From Aulosira sp. ZfuVER01 (GTDB taxonomy: Bacteria; Cyanobacteriota; Cyanobacteriia; Cyanobacteriales; Nostocaceae), in contig JAVRCV020000001.1 of assembly GCA_034530615.2 (NCBI GenBank), positions 20,156-84,155 on the forward strand: DNA of 64,000 nt, read 5' to 3'. How positions within the stretch are numbered: position 1 is the stretch's first letter; every line of letters begins with the position of its first letter. Position numbers and translations under genes: made by a program. This document shows positions 58,618 to 64,000 of the stretch, in pieces. Under the pieces are notes generated by a model. The model saw nothing but the letters and a program-made list of their open reading frames with translations. It was not told the origin of the DNA and made no database searches.

Positions 58618-59391
58618 TCACTGGGAGAAGGAATTAGCTGAAGCAGGGTGGTTAGTGTTTACACACCGAAGTAATAAAAGCGATCGCGCCATTACAGGTA
58701 GAATTTGAGCATCTTGGTAAAAGCGATTATCTTCAACAAATAGAGACTCTGTAGTATCAATCACTAGCTGCCATTTTTTATCCTCTAATCCATTAGGAAG
58801 AACACAATCAATAATTTGCTCGCCAGCATTGAAAAATAGCAGAAAACTATCGTCAACTGGAGAAATTTCTCTGCCATTCAAGAAGATAGTTATACTATTA
58901 GCAAAGTCTTGCCATTGCTGTTGTTTGATTTCACTACCATCGGGATTAAACCAGGAAATAGCTGAACCCCGATTTAACCAGTTGTCTTGGCGAAAGACAG
59001 GATGCTGATGGCGAAACAGAATCAATTGACGAGTAAAAGTGAGCAGCGTTGCTTTTTCTGTTGTTAAATCCCAATTAAACCAAGAAATTTCGTTATCTTG
59101 ACAGTAGGGGTTGTTGTTACCCTGTTGCGATCGCCCAATTTCATCACCCCCTCATAGCATAGGAATGCCTTGAGACAATATCAAGGTAGTGAGAAAGTTA
59201 CGTTTTTGTTGTTCTCGTAACTGCAATATTTCTGGGTTATCTGTCTCTCCTTCGACTCCACAGTTCCAGGAGTGATTGTCATTGCTACCGCTTTCTTCTA
59301 GATTTGCTTCATTGTGTTTTTCATCGTAACTGACCAAATCATGCAGCGTGAAACCATCATGGCAGGTGATGTGGTTGATACTTGCATGAGA
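58618..59391 (-). pseudogene. glgX: 5'-truncated glycogen debranching enzyme (isoamylase) pseudogene
   Basis: Single frame [26 protein letters not shown]...SWNCG.EG...[31 protein letters not shown]...; in-frame TGA at 59152-59154; N-terminal part of the enzyme absent. Confidence 0.92.
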
Positions 59392-59711
59392 AATTCAAAC
59401 CCCCTTTCATGATTTGATACAAAGTTTTATGTTGTGATTAGTACAAAAGCAAAGCTAGCACCGACTTCTTGAATACCAATCATTAGTAGTCACCCTCACC
59501 ACCATCACCACCATCACCACAATTAGCAAATATAGCAAAGCACACTTTGTGGCAAGAGGTTGAAGGTGCTTTAGTGTAGATAAGAGTGCTAAAAACACCC
59601 CAAGAATTTTTAACTGAAAAGAATTTCTTTATTTGTACTTAACAAGTAAAAAACAGATGTCGTTATGAAAATCTCTCAAAATTTTGTGAGCTAATAATTT
59701 AATTATTTACT

Positions 59712-60164
59712 TCATCGATTTAGACGTGTTACTTGAAGAGTAAATGGTCCAATTAATGAAGGTTTTTCAGGATCTTCTTTACCCACTGCTGTCACCCTGA
59801 TAATGTAATTTCCAGACTTGACAATTTCAATGTTCAGAAGGGAGTTAGTAGTTCCATCAGGACCGTCATCGTTCTCTGCTACTACAAAGCCATTCATATC
59901 TAATAGTGTGGCAAAAGTATCAAAAACATCTGATTGCAATTCAATCTTAACTCTGTCACCTTTCTCAAGATGCACAATGTAATCTCTGGCAAATCCTTCT
60001 TTACCTGTGGGTATATCTTTTTCAGAAAGCTTGTCTTTGATATCAGTACTAGTTTGTAAAGGTATTGGGTTATATTCTTGAATCGGAACCCCTCTAGCCG
60101 TGAACTCTAACACTACTGTTGATAAGGTCACGATAAATATAATCAACCACTCAAAGAATTGCAT
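59712..60164 (-). CDS. PPC domain-containing protein
   Basis: G.FARDY...GD.V.I.L.S..FD...L......VAENDDGPDG.TNSLL...G.Y.IRV. Confidence 0.85.
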   Translation of the reverse strand: MQFFEWLIIFIVTLSTVVLEFTARGVPIQEYNPIPLQTSTDIKDKLSEKDIPTGKEGFARDYIVHLEKGDRVKIELQSDVFDTFATLLDMNGFVVAENDDGPDGTTNSLLNIEIVKSGNYIIRVTAVGKEDPEKPSLIGPFTLQVTRLNR

Positions 60165-60378
60165 AAATTTAAGCGTATTTTTAATTGTTTTTACTTTACA
60201 AAATAAAACAATTGGGGGATTGGTATAAATAGCTTGCCACTTATATAATGCACGAATATGTTGTATGTATAGCTTTATTGTTATTAACTAAAGAAATTGT
60301 ATAAATTATTAACGTAAAGTGAGAAACGATCTGCGTTAGCAGATACTATTTAATTGAATTAATCTATCTATTCGCAAT

Positions 60379-61125
60379 ATGGACATAGACCCACTTGACC
60401 TGGTTGAAGAGGAAAATGATAAAGCTGAAACTTCAGCTAAACGCGAAAAACGCAAAAGCCGTCTCAATAGCGCTGTGGCAATTGCAGTTGCATTGATCAC
60501 AACTTTTATGGCAATCTGCAAAGTCAAAGATGATAACCTGGTTCAGGTAATGCAGCAGGCTCAAGCTAATAAAATTGACGATTGGGCGTTCTACCAGGCT
60601 CGCAATATTCGTGAAGAAATAGCCAAAGCGAATGTGACACAACTCAAATTACAATCTGCTTCTCAATCTGCTGCTGTGAGGGCTGACTATGAAAAACAGA
60701 TTGCTGCTTATCAAGCAATTGTTGATAAAGAAGAGCAGAAAAAGCAGGAACAGCAGATAGCAGCCCAAAAGGATCAAATTACCTATGACCAGCTTAATTA
60801 CCATGACGATCAGTTTGACCTAGCTGATGCCTTTCTATCGCTTTCCATCTCGCTGCTGGCTATCACATCTCTATCTCAGAAGAAATGGTTGTTCTACGCT
60901 GCCCTGTTACCAACTATATTTGGTTTGGTGATGGGGCTAGCCGGATTATTTAACTGGCGGTTACACCCTGATGCACTGACTAAATTACTGTCCGAAAATT
61001 TTCCCCAAAAGCCAGCAGAACAAAAGCTAGTGAGTCAAGTTGTTGAGCCACAAAATCTCAATCAATTCTGCAACCAACCAAGCATTACAGCAACTATTAA
61101 AAATATACCCATTGCAAAACGGTAA
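60379..61125 (+). CDS. DUF4337-like membrane protein
   Basis: N-terminal TM, D.W.FYQA..I, coiled region, two C-terminal TMs. Confidence 0.75.
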   Translation: MDIDPLDLVEEENDKAETSAKREKRKSRLNSAVAIAVALITTFMAICKVKDDNLVQVMQQAQANKIDDWAFYQARNIREEIAKANVTQLKLQSASQSAAVRADYEKQIAAYQAIVDKEEQKKQEQQIAAQKDQITYDQLNYHDDQFDLADAFLSLSISLLAITSLSQKKWLFYAALLPTIFGLVMGLAGLFNWRLHPDALTKLLSENFPQKPAEQKLVSQVVEPQNLNQFCNQPSITATIKNIPIAKR

Positions 61126-61961
61126 AAAACGAAAATCCAGGTACTGTGTTTTTCTAAATAGCGTAGAAGCCCCCAAATCGCCAAAAAAGCAGAGATACTA
61201 GCAGAGATTAAACCTACTAATAAAGTCAACCAGCCAGCTGCACTTAGCCCAGCTTTAAACAGGGTGTGAAGTTCTACAGCACCTGCCAAAATCACTGCTG
61301 GTAAGCCCAATAAAAAAGAAAATCGCGCTGATGTTTCTCGTTCCATGCCTAAAAACAGCCCTGCGGTTAGAGTAGAACCAGAGCGAGAAACACCGGGAAT
61401 CAGGGCAAAAGCTTGAGCAATTCCTACCCAAATACCATCCCAAAGGCTTAACTTGTCAAAGGTACGAGTGCCTCTTCTGAACTTTTCTGCGATCGCTAAC
61501 AATAAAGACATAATAATAGAGGCTGCACCAATGACAATTAACCCTCGCATGGGAGAATTGCAGGCATTGAGAATTGGCTTGAGTATTACGCCTGCGACAA
61601 TTATTGGCAGAGTTCCCAGCAATAAGCCCAGCATCAGCCGTAAAGAACTAGATTGATAGTCTTGCCCTGTAATAGCTCTAAATGTCTCGCCTGTTAACTT
61701 TTTTAAGTCTTGCCAAAAATAAACCAAAACAGCCGTTAAGCTAGCTAACTGCATAGCTGCTGAAAAAGCAGATCCTGGATCTTGCATTCCCAGCAAAGTA
61801 GGCACTATTCGCAAATGAGCAGTACTACTAATTGGTAACAGTTCTGTAATTCCCTGAACAATACCTAAAAATATCACTTCAACCCAGCCGAGGTTAGCAA
61901 AGTCTAGATTTACTTCACTACCACTGCCGCAGCTTGCATTTGCAACTGCTAAAAACAGCAT
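61062..61961 (-). CDS. uppP: Undecaprenyl-diphosphate phosphatase
   Basis: GIVQGITELLPISSTAHL, Q.FALIPGVSRSGST, ARFSFLL, F.FYR. Confidence 0.96.
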   Translation of the reverse strand: MLFLAVANASCGSGSEVNLDFANLGWVEVIFLGIVQGITELLPISSTAHLRIVPTLLGMQDPGSAFSAAMQLASLTAVLVYFWQDLKKLTGETFRAITGQDYQSSSLRLMLGLLLGTLPIIVAGVILKPILNACNSPMRGLIVIGAASIIMSLLLAIAEKFRRGTRTFDKLSLWDGIWVGIAQAFALIPGVSRSGSTLTAGLFLGMERETSARFSFLLGLPAVILAGAVELHTLFKAGLSAAGWLTLLVGLISASISAFLAIWGLLRYLEKHSTWIFVFYRFAMGIFLIVAVMLGWLQN

Positions 61962-62320
61962 AATTTGTCAGGCTTAGAGAATTTACTTTTAATAAAGTAT
62001 CGGTAAATTAACCAGCATCTATGACTTTGGTGTGACTAATATATGACGTTTATATCAAGTGTAATAGAATATCCAATTCTACAATTTTTACGAAATCAAA
62101 ATTAGATGATTTTTCACTAATTATGCTTATATTGTGATTAGCATTTCGCTAGATCGGAAAGTTTATTACAATACCTGAGTATCTCATTTAGTCAAGTAGC
62201 TCAGAATACAAATAAATATTTTGTTAGTGAAATAGCTAATCAACATTACTTTTAGGGAATACAAGGGTGTTGATTAATGTTTTTCCAGATTGATTATGCA
62301 ATATTGTATAAAGGTGAGTA

Positions 62321-63643
62321 GTGAATAAAAAAAATAATATACGTAAATCTAGATTATTATCGCGACAACCATTTATATTGGGACTGTTAGCACTATTATT
62401 TGTAGCTGCTGGCGGTATATTTGCTGGTTTGATGAGCCTAACTCCACTAAAAAATCATGCTGCTTCTACTCAACTTTCAGAGACTCCTACAAGCCTGACA
62501 GGTATCATTCCAGCTACTTTGAAACAGCCTGTCAATATCCTAATTCTTGGCATCGACAATTCTGGACATCCTCATAAGGGAAAATTTACTCCTGCTGAGG
62601 CATTATCTGGAAACAGTGACACAATGCTATTAATCCGACTAGTGCCAGATACCCATCAAATAAATGTTTTATCAATTCCTCGGGATACATTGGTACATTT
62701 AAATGGGGTAGGAATTGATAAAATCAATGATGCGAATGTCAGAGGTGGTCCAAAACTGGCAGCTAGTACTGTTAGTAATTTATTAGCAGGTCTTCCTATT
62801 GAGCGCTATCTTCGAGTCGATACTGAAGGCTTTATTCACCTGGTAGATGCCTTAGGAGGTGTAGAAGTAAATGTTCCCAAACGGATGGATTACACAGACA
62901 ATACTCAACACCTAAGCATTCACTTTCCTCCCGGAAAACAAAAACTGAATGGGCAGCATTTACAAGAATACGTTCGCTTCCGCCATGATGCTTTAGGAGA
63001 TATTGGTCGCGTACAGCGACAGCAGGAAGTTCTCAAAGATATTTTACTGACATTACTCAAACCGGGAACATTGACAAAGCTACCTCAGATTTTGGACGTA
63101 GTTAAAGACAATGTAGATACTGATTTGTCTGTAGAAGAGATGCTGGCTTTTGCTCAAAATATCTTAGCCAGCGATCGCCACCAGCTACACTTAATGATGT
63201 TACCTGGACGCTTCAGCCGTAAGGAGGAATATCATGCTAGTTACTGGATTTCTTCTCCTCAAGCTACGGCGAAGATTCTAGCTAGCTATTTTGATATTGC
63301 TAATGCAAAAGTTCCAGATAAGGATGCAAATTTAACTAAATCACAAACTTTGAAAATTGCTGTAGTCAATGCCACAGGTCATCCAGCAGATGCAGTAAGT
63401 GTTGTTTCCTATCTCCAAAAACATGGATTCAGGAATGTTTACATTGCAAACCATGAGATTGAGACAAGTGCAGATTCTGCACAACAAACTCAAATTATTG
63501 CCCAACATGGCAATCCAGATGCTGCCAATGTTGTTAGTAGTACATTAGGTATAGGTCAGGTGCAGGTTGCTTCGATTGGGGACATTCTTTCTGATGTCAC
63601 TGTTGTTGTAGAGCCAGATTTGGTCGCAAAACTTCAGCATTAG
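62321..63643 (+). CDS. LCP (LytR-CpsA-Psr) family protein with LytR C-terminal domain
   Basis: NILILG.D, SDTMLL, LSIPRDT, KIN.A, VDALGGV, RFRHD..GDIGR..RQQ, C-terminal IAVVNATG. Confidence 0.95.
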   Translation: MNKKNNIRKSRLLSRQPFILGLLALLFVAAGGIFAGLMSLTPLKNHAASTQLSETPTSLTGIIPATLKQPVNILILGIDNSGHPHKGKFTPAEALSGNSDTMLLIRLVPDTHQINVLSIPRDTLVHLNGVGIDKINDANVRGGPKLAASTVSNLLAGLPIERYLRVDTEGFIHLVDALGGVEVNVPKRMDYTDNTQHLSIHFPPGKQKLNGQHLQEYVRFRHDALGDIGRVQRQQEVLKDILLTLLKPGTLTKLPQILDVVKDNVDTDLSVEEMLAFAQNILASDRHQLHLMMLPGRFSRKEEYHASYWISSPQATAKILASYFDIANAKVPDKDANLTKSQTLKIAVVNATGHPADAVSVVSYLQKHGFRNVYIANHEIETSADSAQQTQIIAQHGNPDAANVVSSTLGIGQVQVASIGDILSDVTVVVEPDLVAKLQH

Positions 63644-64000
63644 TTAAGTATTGAGCAAAAATGCGGACTGTTGGCGAAATATTGCTTAACATTTGGCTTA
63701 AAAACCAGCGCACTAGACAATATAATTTTTCAATACTGGTGAGGCAGAATCAATACTTGAACTTATTTACTTGGCTATAGCTTAGGCAAGGAAAGCATTT
63801 TAGCAATTTTTAAATATTGCTTAGGTTGAGTAGTTTTAAGTAAATATAAATAACTTTTTAACGAGAGAAAATAGCTATTACCTTCTTTAGAAATTAATAG
63901 CTATTTTCTCTTTTAGGCAAAGTTTTTCTTTTAGGTGCAGACCATATAATCCCTCTTTTGTTACTACGGGAGGAGTATAATCAGGAAGGAAATCGGAAAC

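Noticed and set aside
58618..59337. Two separate genes (135 aa and 61 aa)
   Set aside because: Both are in the same frame and are parts of one glgX pseudogene split by a nonsense codon
3316..61656. Numerous short antisense or alternate-frame ORFs in the track (e.g. 9946..10203, 13074..13538, 20503..20823, 52414..52713)
   Set aside because: They overlap well-supported genes and have no recognisable motifs or RBS
1..64000. Abundant GCGATCGC octamers as a novel repeat
   Set aside because: This is the well-known cyanobacterial HIP1 sequence

Overview
AT-rich chromosomal window from a filamentous, most likely heterocystous (Nostocales-type) cyanobacterium. The evidence is very frequent HIP1 octamers (GCGATCGC), heptamer STRR repeats, small dispersed repeats, and GUN4, pentapeptide, KaiB-like, cytochrome c6-like and DUF1822 genes. 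From left to right it holds: three extracellular protein/protease genes (two paralogous PPC + FG-GAP-like repeat proteins, the first running off the window, and an S8 subtilase); two large hybrid histidine kinases; a decayed methionine-salvage pair (acireductone dioxygenase remnant plus MtnX-like phosphatase); ppsA, a PMT-type glycosyltransferase, rarA, mmsA, tldD/tldE, a caspase-GUN4 fusion, tex and a ferredoxin; a general-stress gene cluster sharing a candidate 7-2-7 operator; an ADP-ribosylglycohydrolase fused to a putative ART-fold domain; a HetZ-like sigma/DUF1822 pair divergent from three uncharacterised secreted proteins; ftsH and aqpZ; an eroding stress/dormancy island (orphan kaiB-like, CapA, glgX and other remnants); and uppP/LCP envelope genes. 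No rRNA, tRNA, CRISPR array or intact transposase was seen, but several MITEs and tiny mobile repeats are visible, two of them inserted in frame in genes. All product calls come from motif recognition by eye; no database search was run.
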